From positions 2,176,001 to 2,240,000 of the forward strand of contig CBDCJO010000002.1 of assembly GCA_965217865.1 (NCBI GenBank): a DNA stretch of 64,000 nt. Direction: 5' to 3'. The DNA is from Candidatus Latescibacterota bacterium (GTDB lineage: Bacteria > Latescibacterota > UBA2968 > SICM01). Of the stretch, positions 19,820-29,371 are shown in pieces. The position numbers and the translations under genes were made by a program. Position 1 is the first letter of the stretch. Every line of letters begins with the position of its first letter. The notes beneath the pieces were generated by a model. The model saw only the letters and a program-made list of their open reading frames with translations, did not search any database and was not told where the DNA came from.

Positions 19820-19835
19820 TGGCACATCCCTTGCT
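19820..19835 (+). promoter_or_regulatory. Sigma54 promoter of the fliO-fliA operon
   Basis: TGGCAC-ATCCC-TTGCT, consensus match. Confidence 0.85.
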
Positions 19836-20279
19836 CAATTGCTTTGGAGTTAGATCCGTTTGATTTCACGAATTCTGAAAGGAGATTCGATGCGTTTTAG
19901 AGAACTAGCACGTGGATTTGCGATTCTCTTAATCCTTGTGCCCATGGGGGCATCTATGGCCTGGGCCTTGGGTCTCCCTCAAGACCCCACGATCTCACCC
20001 TCCCAGACGGGGAGTGATGAGACCAGCCTGACGGCACTTCTGTTCCGGGTCGCGATTTCGTTGGGGTTTATCGTCCTGCTGATCTGGGGGGCGGTTTGGT
20101 TGATGCGTCGTTTCTCACCGGGAGCGCTCAGACCCGGAGGGGACAATGGAATGGTAGTATCTTTTGTCTGAGATCGCCCGAAAAAACGGGGGCAAGGTCG
20201 AAGCAAGATCCTGGTTGCCTGTAGGGTTGAGAAGGGATACATATTTTGGGATATCCCTGACCTCACAGGAGGAGTAAAG

Positions 20280-20615
20280 ATGGAGCAACTGTCCTCAAAC
20301 AGTGACCCGGTCAAGAAGCGCAGGAGCTTGTCCCCGGAACAGAAGTATGAGATTTTCCTTGAAGCCAGCCGGGGAGATGTTCCCATTGCACAGGTGCTGC
20401 GGAAATGGGGCATTCATTCCTCGGATCTAAAGCGTATTCGTGAGTCGGTCAAGTCCGGGGCCCTCAAGGAGTTCAAGGGTCGCCGGAGCCGCAAGCCGAT
20501 GGTATCGGCTGAGGAGGTGGAGCAGCTGCGCAAAGAGCGGGCACGCCTGGAGCAAACGATCATTGAGCAATCTGTGGAACTTTCCCTGCTAAAAAAAAGT
20601 GTGAATGGGATCTGA
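20280..20615 (+). CDS. IS3-family transposase OrfA (HTH)
   Basis: SPEQKYEI HTH, coiled coil, ends LLKKS over the slippery A-tract. Confidence 0.85.
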   Translation: MEQLSSNSDPVKKRRSLSPEQKYEIFLEASRGDVPIAQVLRKWGIHSSDLKRIRESVKSGALKEFKGRRSRKPMVSAEEVEQLRKERARLEQTIIEQSVELSLLKKSVNGI

Positions 20616-20638
20616 CAGGCCCGATCAAGGGCCACCGG

Positions 20639-21670
20639 GTGCAAGCTGAGGTCAAACGCGAGATCCTCTTAATGGTCCATCGGGCCAAGGAGAAAGGGGT
20701 GAAACTCACCCGTTCTTGCGAGATCCTACAGCTTCCCCTCCAGCGGTATTGTGCCTGGAGCCGGCGAGATCGAGAAGAGAAGCTGGATGGGGTGTCGGAC
20801 CCGCTTTTGGATGGGAAGCCCGGGCCCGCCCCTGATGAGGCCCCACACGGATTGCTGAGGGAGGAGAAAGAGCAAATCTCGGCCCTCTTAAGGGATGAGA
20901 CCTATGCCGATCTGCCTCCCCATCAGCTGGCGGTGGTAGCCTCAGAGAAGGGGGTAGTGCAGGCCTCGGCCTCCAGCTTCTACCGACAGGCCAGGAAAGA
21001 ACGTCTGGCACGCAGGAAACAGGTGAGGACGCCGGTCAAGCAGAGCAAGCCCCAGGTCAAACCTGAAGGTCCTAATCAGGTCTGGAGCTGGGACCTGACC
21101 TACATCCCATTTTTCGGTTTGTTCCTGTATTTTACCGCCATTCTCGACGTGTATTCCAGGAAGATCGTAGGATGGAAGCTCTCCTTCAACGCGACCGTGG
21201 AGCAGGTCAAACAGGCCTGGGATCAAGCCCTTGCCAACGAAGGACTGCTGGACCTGGACACTGGGCCCATAAGCTTGACAGCCCTCTCAGATCACGGATC
21301 TCAGATGAAGGCCAAATCGATGGCCCAATTCTTCAAGGACCTGGGCATCTCGCAGCTGTTTGCCCGATATCAAACACCCACGGACAACGCCTGGATCGAA
21401 GCCTTTTTCCGGACATTCAAATACGACTGGCTGCGCTTCCAGGACATCTTCACATTCCATCAACTGGAAGGCCTGATTGATTCCTTCATTCACAGCTACA
21501 ACGCCGAACGCTATCACGGGGCAATACAGTATGTCACGCCTCTTCAGAGGCATAAAGGCCAGCATCAAAAGATTCTTCACCACCGACAAGGTCGAAAGGA
21601 GGAGGCTCGGCAGCGCCGCATAGAAATCAATCGGCAAAGAACATCCCAGACCATCCACAAGGCTGCCTGA
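20639..21670 (+). CDS. IS3-family transposase OrfB (rve DDE integrase core)
   Basis: PNQVWSWDLTY, DVYSRKIVGW, SDHGSQ, DNAWIEAFF. Confidence 0.92.
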   Translation: MQAEVKREILLMVHRAKEKGVKLTRSCEILQLPLQRYCAWSRRDREEKLDGVSDPLLDGKPGPAPDEAPHGLLREEKEQISALLRDETYADLPPHQLAVVASEKGVVQASASSFYRQARKERLARRKQVRTPVKQSKPQVKPEGPNQVWSWDLTYIPFFGLFLYFTAILDVYSRKIVGWKLSFNATVEQVKQAWDQALANEGLLDLDTGPISLTALSDHGSQMKAKSMAQFFKDLGISQLFARYQTPTDNAWIEAFFRTFKYDWLRFQDIFTFHQLEGLIDSFIHSYNAERYHGAIQYVTPLQRHKGQHQKILHHRQGRKEEARQRRIEINRQRTSQTIHKAA

Positions 21671-21952
21671 ATCTTGCTTGGACCTTTATCTACTTTTCTC
21701 TTGTTATCTCAGAATAGATACAGTAGAGATAATCGGACAACGCTCGATCGGGCCCAAGAAGGCGATCTATATCCTTCGGGTCGCGGATCGTGCGCTGGCC
21801 GTTGGGGTTACCGAATCGACCATGGCACCCCTTATCGAACTCGACCTGGACGAGGCCCTTGTTGCCAGTAGTGAGGGAAAGGCCGGTCAGGATTCAGACA
21901 GGTTCTCCGTTCTTCTCAAGGGACTTAAGACCAGGCTATCTGGGGAGGATAA

Positions 21953-22753
21953 ATGAGGTCCGAACGCGGCCGTTTTGAAGCCCATCATTCGCGACCCGTA
22001 TCCCTGGGTTCGTTCATCGCTCTCGCCTTCATCTGCTCGTTAATCTTTCTCGGATCGGCAAGCGAATCCCTTGCTCAGAGTCTCCCCAAAATAAGTATCG
22101 AGGTCGGGGGTGCGGGAAAGCCTAAAGAGGCCGCGGTCACGCTTCAGATCGTCTTTATGCTGACGGTCCTGACGCTTGCTCCGGCCATCCTGATCATGCT
22201 GACCTCCTTCACACGGGTGGTGACAGTCCTCTCGTTCATGCGCCTGGCCATCGGGACCCAGCAGATCCCGCCGAATCAGGTCGTGATTGGGCTCGCCCTT
22301 TTCATGACCCTTTTTATCATGACCCCGACCTTCGAACAGGTCTATACTCAAGCCCTGGAACCCTACATGGCCGAACAGATCGACTACGATGTCGCCCTGA
22401 AAAAGGGGATGCAACCCCTTCGAAAGTTCATGATGAAACAGGTCCGCGAAAAGGACCTCGGCCTTTTCTTGCGTCTGTCCCGGATGCCACAGCCGCGCAC
22501 GCCCGAGGACATCCCCAATCGTGTCCTCATACCCAGCTTTGTGATCAGCGAATTGAAGACTGCGTTCCAGATCAGCTTTCTTCTGTTTATTCCGTTCATC
22601 ATCATCGACATGGTCGTTTCAAGCACCCTCCTGTCGATGGGTATGCTCATGCTGCCACCGATCTCCGTTTCGTTGCCATTCAAGCTGCTCCTGTTCGTCC
22701 TGGTTGACGGTTGGCACCTCGTGGTCCGATCCGTGATCATGAGTTTTCATTGA
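21953..22753 (+). CDS. fliP: Flagellar export protein FliP
   Basis: LTSFTR, QQIPPNQV, SELKTAFQI, FKLLLFVLVDGW. Confidence 0.96.
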   Translation: MRSERGRFEAHHSRPVSLGSFIALAFICSLIFLGSASESLAQSLPKISIEVGGAGKPKEAAVTLQIVFMLTVLTLAPAILIMLTSFTRVVTVLSFMRLAIGTQQIPPNQVVIGLALFMTLFIMTPTFEQVYTQALEPYMAEQIDYDVALKKGMQPLRKFMMKQVREKDLGLFLRLSRMPQPRTPEDIPNRVLIPSFVISELKTAFQISFLLFIPFIIIDMVVSSTLLSMGMLMLPPISVSLPFKLLLFVLVDGWHLVVRSVIMSFH

Positions 22754-22788
22754 TCGAAGAAGCTATATCTCACTAAGGAATCCCTACT

Positions 22789-23058
22789 ATGACACCTTCT
22801 TTTGTGGTTCAGGTTGGGCGAGAGGCCATCTACCTGATGTTGCTCATATCGGCACCGATGCTGTTGGCGGGTCTGATCATAGGTCTCGGGATCAGCATCC
22901 TGCAGGCCGTCACCCAGATCCACGAAGTCACGCTCACCTTTATCCCGAAGATCGTTGCCGTCACCGGGGCCCTTGTCATCGCCCTTCCCTGGATTATGCA
23001 GCTGATGATCGACTTCATGATCCGGTTGGCCGCCCACATCCCGAACCTGTCAGGATAA
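22789..23058 (+). CDS. fliQ: Flagellar export protein FliQ
   Basis: LQAVTQIHEVTLTFIPKI. Confidence 0.96.
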   Translation: MTPSFVVQVGREAIYLMLLISAPMLLAGLIIGLGISILQAVTQIHEVTLTFIPKIVAVTGALVIALPWIMQLMIDFMIRLAAHIPNLSG

Positions 23059-23169
23059 ACAGGGTCCCTGGACACGGACTCTTGTGATCCTTCGGGGGGT
23101 GGCGTGTGTTATGCCCCTTCCGACCAAGGCATCGATCCGGGACTTGGACCCCTGCCCCTGGACCCCACA

Positions 23170-23406
23170 GTGGATATATTGACTGACTCCCTCAATCATT
23201 TTGAAAGATTCCTGTTCGTCTTCCTCAGGGTTATGGGAATCCTGTTCATCTCCCCCTTGTTCGGCCACCGGAGCCTGATCAGCCAATCGAAGGTAGGCCT
23301 GGCATTGGTGGTTTCTATCGCCCTATTTCCCGTTGTCCCGCTGGCGCTAACGACCTACCCCCATATCATCCTCCTGATCATCGCCCTCCTCAAGGAGCTG
23401 GTCATC
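23170..23406 (+). pseudogene. fliR: FliR N-terminal fragment fused in frame to flhA
   Basis: FLFVFLRVMGILFISPLFG..KVGLAL..LLKELVI, directly after fliQ. Confidence 0.88.
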
Positions 23407-25250
23407 ACCCTCTTTCGCCTCTCTCTTAACGTCGCGACCACCAGGCTGATCCTCGGCCAGGCATACGCGGGCGAGGTGATCGAGGCCTTCGGCTCGTTCG
23501 TGGTGCGGGGGGACTACATTCTGGGCCTTGTCGTCTTCTTGATCATCGTCATCATCCAGTTCGTCGTCATCACCAAGGGCGCCGGACGTGTCGCAGAGGT
23601 AGGCACCCGCTTCACCCTGGACGCGATGCCCGGCAAGCAGATGAGCATCGACGCGGACTTGAACGCCGGCCTGATCAATGAAGATGAAGCCCGGGAGCGG
23701 CGGAAGGAGATCACCCGGGAGGCGGACTTCTACGGAGCGATGGACGGGGCGAGCAAATTCGTTCGGGGGGACGCCATTGCGGGGGTGCTGATTACCCTCG
23801 TCAACATCATCGGAGGTTTCGCGATCGGGGTCCTGAGGCGGGGGTTGACCCTGGGGGAGGCCGCGGAGACCTATACCCTCCTGACTATCGGCGATGGCCT
23901 GGTCACGCAGATCCCCGCGCTGATCGCTTCAACGGCCGCTGGAATCCTGGTCACTCGGGCAGCCTCCGACAGGAATCTTGCACAGGAGTTGACCCGCGAG
24001 CTGACCGCCAAACCCCGTGCGATCATGGTGGCCTCCGCCGTATTGTTCGCATTCGCCATAATTCCGGGACTCCCTGCGGTCCCCTTCCTGATCCTCTCGG
24101 CGTTGACCGGGGCGGTTGCCTATGCCACCAACCGGGTGCAACAGGCAGAGGCCATGGAGGCACAGGCCGGGGTAGAGGCCACAGAGCAGAGGGTCCAGGA
24201 AAGACCCGAAGACTACCTCCACGTCGACCTCCTTGAAATCGAAATCGGATACGGTTTAATTCCGCTTGTCGACCCACAACAAGGGGGGGACCTCCTGGAC
24301 CGTGTGACGATGATCCGGAATCAGATGGCCCTGGACATGGGCATTGTGGTCCCGCCGGTCCGAATCAGAGACAACATACAACTCAAACCAAACATATACG
24401 TGATCAAAATCAAAGGCGTGAAAGTTGTGGATGGAGAACTCCAGCCAAAGGGCTATATGGCGATGGACCCGGGTTATGCTGAAGGCCCTATCGAGGGCAC
24501 GGAGACGACGGACGGACTCCCCGCCCGGTGGATCACAGACGCCAACCGCGAACGCGCCGAGCTCCTGGGCTATACGGTGGTGGCTGCGGACGACGTTTTA
24601 ACCACACACCTGCAGGAGGTGATCCGGTCCCACGCTCACGAGTTCCTCGGCCGACAGAATGTGCAGGCCCTCATCGACAGAACAGGGTCCAAAAGGACCA
24701 TCCAGCTGTGGTAAGCGATCTGATCCCCGAACAGCTCACACTGGGCGGAGTCCAGAAAGCACTTCAGATCCTGCTCAAGGAGCAGGTGCCCATCCGGGAC
24801 CTGGTGACCATCCTGGAGACGATCGGGGATTACACCACCGTCACGAAGGATACGGAAGTCCTTGCAGAATACGTTCGCGCTACGCTCGGGAGGGGCATCT
24901 GCGAGATCTACAAGACCCAGGAAGGTACGATCCCTGCCCTGACGGTCTCACCAAGTCTGGAAACCCAAATCTCGGAATCCATCGAGTCCACGGTCGCCGG
25001 GATAAAGGTTGGCCTCCCGCCGGACACCGTTCGCCAGCTGTTCGAACGGATGACCGACCGGATCGAAGTGATGGTTTCGAATGAGCATCAACCCCTGGTC
25101 TTGACATCCCCCACGATCCGTCTGGCCTTCCGCCGGTTGACGGAGGCGGCTTTCCCGAGCCTGGCCGTTCTGTCTTACAACGAAATCGTGTCCGGGATCG
25201 AGGTCTTTTCCGTCGGCATGATCGATCTTGAGAACGGGGGAGAAGGCTAA
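23398..25250 (+). pseudogene. flhA: FlhA, 5'-truncated and frameshifted near 24680
   Basis: TLFRLSLNVATTRL, RFTLDAMPGKQM, FYGAMDGASKFVRGD; frame shifts at GACAGAACAGG; other frame continues LLKEQVPIRDL..VLSYNEI. Confidence 0.92.
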
Positions 25251-25322
25251 AAAAAGAGGCGGAGCCAGAAATGCGTCTTTAGGATGAAACCGAAGGGACC
25301 TTGACGGCTGGATTGAATTCGG

Positions 25323-26531
25323 ATGAAAATTAAAAAATATACCGCGGACTCGATGTCCGAAGCCCTCCAAAAGGTCAAGGATGACTTGGGTTCGCGCGCT
25401 GTCCTCCTAAACACACGACAGATCAAGAAGGACGGGGCGATGGCCATCCTGAGCAGGAAGAAGGTGGAAATCACCGCGGCTCTTGACGACAGCCCGCCCA
25501 TACCAAACAAATCCAGCCACCCCCACCAAAAAAGGTCCCAACCCCCTTCCGGCTCACCCTCGGCCCCAACATCCGGGATTTCCCGGGGAGCATCAAAGGA
25601 AGCCAGAGATCCGAGGAGGTCCTCAGACGGGGATGAAGCATCCGGGCCCTTGGCGGAAAGGGTATCGAGAGAGATCCGGGAACTGAAGGAAATTTTGAAA
25701 ACCCGGTCCCCCTCGCATTATCCCCGGCCGGAAGGAGGGGCCTTGCCATTACCCGGCCAACTCCTGGGTCTTTCCGAACGAATGGACTTCGCGGGGTTCG
25801 GTGGATCGTTCGCGGCATCACTCATTGAGCGGCTCCTTGTCGACCCGGGGCCAGGAGGGTTCGAGGATCGAGGCAAGCTAGAACAGCAGGCGGCGAAGTT
25901 CATCGTTCAAACCCTCCCCGGGGCGACCCCCTCTGTTGTGAATAAAGGTGTGCGGACAGTAGCTGCGTTAGTGGGCACCGCTGGGGCGGGTAAGACCACA
26001 GCCGCGGCGAAAATTGCTGGGGAGTTCGCCCTTCGGCAGAAATCAAAGGTATGTCTTGTGGCAGCTGACGTTGAAAGGGTTGCCGGTCTGGACCAGATCC
26101 GTGCCCTGGCCGGAATGATCGGCGTCCCGCTCCACGTGGTATACACGGCTGAGGAAATGTCGAGCGTCATTCGAGGGCAACGGGAAACCGACCTGATTCT
26201 TATCGACACCCCCGGCCTTGGGCCCCAAGACGGGGACAAACTGAAAGGCCTCTCCGGGATCCTGCGCGAGGCCGCGCCAAACGAAGTGCATCTCATCTTG
26301 GGCGCGACCACCGGGGCCTCTCAGATGGCCGATGTTGCGGAGGCGTTCAGGCCGATAGGAACCAATCGTCTGCTTTTCACGAAGCTCGACGAGACCGCGC
26401 GCCTTGGCGGTATCCTGACCATGGCCGCGAGTTCAAACATAACCCTCTCCTACCTCACGGACGGGCGATCCGTACCGGGGGATATCCGGCCGGCAGACCC
26501 GATGGATTTGGCCCTTCAGGCGATTCGATGA
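25323..26531 (+). CDS. flhF: Flagellar SRP-type GTPase FlhF
   Basis: MKIKKYTADSMSEALQKVK, GAGKTT, DTPG, TKLDET, GRSVPGDI. Confidence 0.9.
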   Translation: MKIKKYTADSMSEALQKVKDDLGSRAVLLNTRQIKKDGAMAILSRKKVEITAALDDSPPIPNKSSHPHQKRSQPPSGSPSAPTSGISRGASKEARDPRRSSDGDEASGPLAERVSREIRELKEILKTRSPSHYPRPEGGALPLPGQLLGLSERMDFAGFGGSFAASLIERLLVDPGPGGFEDRGKLEQQAAKFIVQTLPGATPSVVNKGVRTVAALVGTAGAGKTTAAAKIAGEFALRQKSKVCLVAADVERVAGLDQIRALAGMIGVPLHVVYTAEEMSSVIRGQRETDLILIDTPGLGPQDGDKLKGLSGILREAAPNEVHLILGATTGASQMADVAEAFRPIGTNRLLFTKLDETARLGGILTMAASSNITLSYLTDGRSVPGDIRPADPMDLALQAIR

Positions 26532-27415
26532 CCGAACACCGAGATACTAATCCCTCCGGTTTAGCCCTCACCAAAGACGGTTTTCCCTCGGACAAGGGGA
26601 CTGGAGATGGGCAGCGCGCCTCGGCCCTGGCCGTGACCAGCGGAAAAGGAGGTGTTGGCAAGACGAGCATCACCCTGAACCTCGCGATTGAACTTTCTCG
26701 GATGGGTCGCCAGATTCTCCTTATCGATGCAGATCTGGGTTTGGCCAACGTGGATATTATGCTCGGAATCTCGCCAAAACATACCCTTGAGAACGTCCTC
26801 CGGGGCGAGTGTTCTATCTTCGATGCGACCATCGAAGGTCCGGAGGGGTTGACCATCGTCTCGGCCGCATCAGGCCTGAGTGAGTCCGAGTCCTGGCGGG
26901 TCGGGGACCTCGAGTCCCTTCAGGAAGACCTTGCCCGCCTGGAACGCGGATTCGACACGATCCTGATCGATACGGGCGCGGGGATCTCATCCAAGGTCAC
27001 CGATCTTGTCCTTGCGGCCGATAGTGCCCTGATCGTGGCCGTGCCGGAACCCACCTCTATCGCGGATGCCTATGCCATGATCAAGGTGGTCTCCGGTTTC
27101 CGGAGCGATTTCCAGGCCGGGCTTGTGGTAAACAGGGCACGGTCTCCCAAAGAAGCTTATGAAATCCACGACAAATTCAATCAGATCGTCTCCCGGTTCC
27201 TGAGTCTGTCTGTCCGGAACAGGGGATACGTGCTGGAGGACAGGGCCGTAGAACACGCGACTCGAACGCAGCATCCTTTCGTCCTTGGGGCGCCCCAATC
27301 ACAGGCGGCGCGTTGCATCACCGACATCGCAAGGGACCTGGGGGGGATCGCGGCCCGGCCGGAGGCTGCACAGGGGCTGTTCCACAGGCTATTCGGTCGA
27401 AAAGCCGCCTCTTAA
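26528..27415 (+). CDS. flhG: MinD-like ATPase FlhG/FleN
   Basis: SGKGGVGKT, DADLGLAN, DTGAG, PEPTSIADAYAMIK; between flhF and fliA. Confidence 0.93.
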   Translation: MTEHRDTNPSGLALTKDGFPSDKGTGDGQRASALAVTSGKGGVGKTSITLNLAIELSRMGRQILLIDADLGLANVDIMLGISPKHTLENVLRGECSIFDATIEGPEGLTIVSAASGLSESESWRVGDLESLQEDLARLERGFDTILIDTGAGISSKVTDLVLAADSALIVAVPEPTSIADAYAMIKVVSGFRSDFQAGLVVNRARSPKEAYEIHDKFNQIVSRFLSLSVRNRGYVLEDRAVEHATRTQHPFVLGAPQSQAARCITDIARDLGGIAARPEAAQGLFHRLFGRKAAS

Positions 27416-27561
27416 AGGAGGGACTCGGAGGGCCGGTCCGTGTTATACGACGATCAAGGATTTGTTCGCGGGAAGATGGCTTGTTTTTAACCTTCGATTT
27501 ATTACATTACATGGCGATATAGCGACAATTTTAGCTGTCAACCTTAAGAAACCAGCTTTTA

Positions 27562-28344
27562 ATGGCTAAACAGACTCGGAAATCGATGCGACTGAAGGCC
27601 CACGCACAATACGATGCGACGGCCATCAAGACTTCCAACCGCGACAAACAGCTGATGGATTACCTGCCCATCGTCAAACATATCGCGGGAAGGATCGCCA
27701 TGGGTGTCCCCAGGTCGGTGGAACTGGACGATCTGATCAGCGCAGGGGTGGTGGGGCTCATCGAGGCCTTTAACAGCTTTGACGCGGAAAAAGGTGTAAA
27801 ATTTGAAAGCTACGCCTCAATTCGCATCAGGGGATCGATCCTCGACGAACTGCGAGCCGTGGACTGGGCGCCCCGCTCCACCAGGGCGAAATCCCGCGAG
27901 TTGGAGCGAGCCATTTCCTCTCTGGAGAACAAGATGGGACGCTCGCCCAGCGAACAAGAGATCGCTGACAGCTTGGGTGTGTCTCTCGGGGATGTTCACC
28001 AGTTGATGGATGACATCGCCTGCTCCACCCTTCTCTCCCTCGACGAGCTGACCTTCGGTTCGGACGACGACAAACCGGTTCCTCTCGTCGATACCGTGGG
28101 GATCCCTGGACAATCGGATGCCCTGAGCGACCTTGAACGGGAGGAGATGAAAGGTCTCCTTGTCGATTCGATCGGTTTGTTGTCCGACCAGGAACGGTTG
28201 GTCATCACCCTTTACTATTACGAAGAGCTCACCCTCAAAGAGATCGGACAGGTCATGGAACTCTCCGAGTCCCGGGTCTCCCAGATCCACACAAAGGCAG
28301 TCCTGAGTCTTCGAGGCAAGTTGAGAACAAAGTTGATGCGGTAA
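27562..28344 (+). CDS. fliA: Sigma28 factor FliA/WhiG
   Basis: DDLISAG, YASIRIRGSILDELR, YYEELTLKEIG..SESRVSQIH. Confidence 0.95.
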   Translation: MAKQTRKSMRLKAHAQYDATAIKTSNRDKQLMDYLPIVKHIAGRIAMGVPRSVELDDLISAGVVGLIEAFNSFDAEKGVKFESYASIRIRGSILDELRAVDWAPRSTRAKSRELERAISSLENKMGRSPSEQEIADSLGVSLGDVHQLMDDIACSTLLSLDELTFGSDDDKPVPLVDTVGIPGQSDALSDLEREEMKGLLVDSIGLLSDQERLVITLYYYEELTLKEIGQVMELSESRVSQIHTKAVLSLRGKLRTKLMR

Positions 28345-28384
28345 AGACGGTACTCGGGAAGTCCCCTTTTGATTCGGCCTTTCG

Positions 28385-29351
28385 ATGCTTAGATCCCGAA
28401 CTGATGACAACACACCATCCGTAACAAACGCGCCGATGGACCCAGACGACGATAAGACAACCCGCCTTCGAGAAATCACAGAGAAGATAATCGGCCTGCC
28501 AACCCTGCCTATCGTCATCACAAGGCTCATCGAGCAATCCGAAGACATCCGCAGGCGACCTGGGCCATTTGATATCATCCGACCAGGCCCTGTCAGCAAG
28601 AATCTTGAAGGTGTCCAATTCGGCCTTCTACGGTTTCCCCCGAAAGATCGCTACGATCAAGCACGCGGTCGTCGTCCTCGGGTTCGAGGCGGTGAAGAAC
28701 CTTGGTCTCACCATTGCCCTCTTGAAACGTTTTCCGGAGGGAGAGTCTCACGAGTTGTTCGACCAGCAGCTTTTCTGGACACACTGCGTCGGATGCGGCT
28801 CCGCTTCGCGGTTGATCGCCCGCCGCCTCCACTATCGTATGGAGGGAGAAGCATTCGTCGCCGGCATTCTACATGACCTGGGAAAACTGATCTTGGTCGA
28901 ATACTTCCGGGAAAAATTTCTCAGTGCGGTTCGCCTGGCACAAAGCGAGAATCTCCACATCGTCCAGGCTGAGTCGATGGTCATCGGCGTCAACCACGCG
29001 GAAGTCGGCGGCTGGCTGGCTGAAAAATGGAACCTCCCAAGGCAACTCGTTCAGATCATCTCACGACATCATGGCCCCTTTCCCAACGATGGAGGCCATG
29101 AGTCCGACCAAAGAATCCACGAACTGACATATATCGTTCACGCTGCGGATGCCCTCTGCAGGGCAAGAAACATCGGGAACAGCGGGGACCACATGGGCCC
29201 CTCTCTGGACCCCCACGTCGCTCGGCGCTTTAAAGGCGATTCCGATATGGCCGACACAGACCTGTTCGACCTATTGGGCGAAGGCCTGGACGCTGAAATC
29301 GAACGCGCCGCGATCTTCCAGGATTGGACGGTTGACAAAGAGCCGGCATAG
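28385..29351 (+). pseudogene. HDOD domain protein, frameshifted near 28535
   Basis: LPTLPIVITRLIE in one frame; NPKTSAGDLGHLISSDQALSARILKVSNSAFYG..LHDLGK in another. Confidence 0.85.
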
Positions 29352-29371
29352 AGATTACGGGGGCCAGAGGC

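Larger units (their letters stand above)
20157..21722 (+). mobile_element. IS3-family insertion sequence
   Basis: Imperfect inverted repeats GTATCTTTTGTCTGAGAT / ATCTCAGAATAGATACA; GTA(G) duplication; orfA/orfB with an A8G slippery site at 20591-20599; ends uncertain by 1-2 bp. Confidence 0.85.
19890..21956 (+). pseudogene. fliO: fliO split by an IS3 element (19890-20156 plus 21726-21956)
   Basis: TM segment RVAISLGFIVLLIWGAVWLMRR; removing the IS restores GMVEIIGQRSIGPKKAIYILRVADRALAVGVT. Confidence 0.88.

Noticed and set aside
12541-25250. Non-flagellar type III secretion injectisome
   Set aside because: Components are clearly flagellar (FlgB, FlgC, FliE, FlhF, FliA); no secretin or needle genes; the ATPase and FlhA are broken
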